From: Octopus vulgaris
Lineage: Eukaryota
Assembly (NCBI GenBank): GCA_951406725.2
Contig: OX597840.1
Coordinates: 22,382,001 to 22,446,000, forward strand
Direction of reading: 5' to 3'
DNA length: 64,000 nt
Below the pieces are notes generated by a model. That model was not told the DNA's origin. It saw only the letters and a list, made by a program, of their open reading frames with translations, and ran no database searches. Made by a program: the position numbers and the translations under genes. How positions within the stretch are numbered: position 1 is the first letter of the stretch; each line of letters begins with the position of its first letter. Of this stretch, positions 63,609-64,000 are shown piece after piece.

Positions 63609-63889
63609 CCTTAGAGAAAGATATTGTCATAATATCATAAAAGAATAAAGATCCTTCCTGAGTCATGTAGGCTCATAGAGCCAGTTTCCTTGGTGTGTAT
63701 ATATATATATATATTTTTTTTTAAGTCGCAATATATGGATTCGAGTAATCTGGTAGTACTCAAAAAAAGCTGTGTCATTCTACAAAATATAGAATATATA
63801 GTACGATACGAAAGAAAACGGAATATATAAAGTCATAAATAATAGAGAAATGGTTTGATGAAATTTTATTTAACAATAAGAAAATTCTA

Positions 63890-64000
63890 ATAGAATTAAC
63901 CTGGCAAAAAGCCAAAGTCTTAGTAAGAAGGCAGACAAATCACAAATCCCTTCAGGTAGATGCCCTTGCTCAATCTGTAGAAAAGATGTAGGTAGAAACT
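63890..64000 (+). mobile_element. Start of another RTE fragment of the same family (runs off the window end)
   Basis: Matches 60600-60712 (INLAK.KVLV..QIPSGR.PCSICRKDVGRN). Confidence 0.8.

Noticed and set aside
59272-64000. Next citrate synthase exon (EVL.WL.. region)
   Set aside because: No matching translation with splice sites was found; it presumably lies beyond the window.

Overview
Repeat-dense, AT-rich eukaryotic DNA. The SINE, RTE-LINE, MITE and microsatellite repertoire looks like an octopus/coleoid cephalopod genome (inference). The only host gene recognised is a + strand mitochondrial citrate synthase. Six coding exons with GT-AG boundaries and consistent phases are recovered at 34537-34593, 36558-36665, 38646-38864, 43164-43334, 47223-47422 and 59142-59271, and the gene continues past the window end. 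A candidate first exon ends at 5717, but its ATG is one base out of frame. The rest is intronic or intergenic: decayed Tx1/L1-like and RTE LINEs (one RTE family has a PHD-type finger inside its RT region), three tRNA-derived SINE families, mariner, hAT and piggyBac-like MITEs, a non-autonomous Helitron and a 31 x 27-bp minisatellite. The most notable non-coding signals are three unrelated type I hammerhead-ribozyme-like motifs (best at 22967-23022, minus strand), probably from Penelope-like elements, and several long inverted repeats that could form dsRNA in the pre-mRNA. Nearly all ORFs in the supplied track are spurious translations of repeats. All calls were made by eye; no searches were run.
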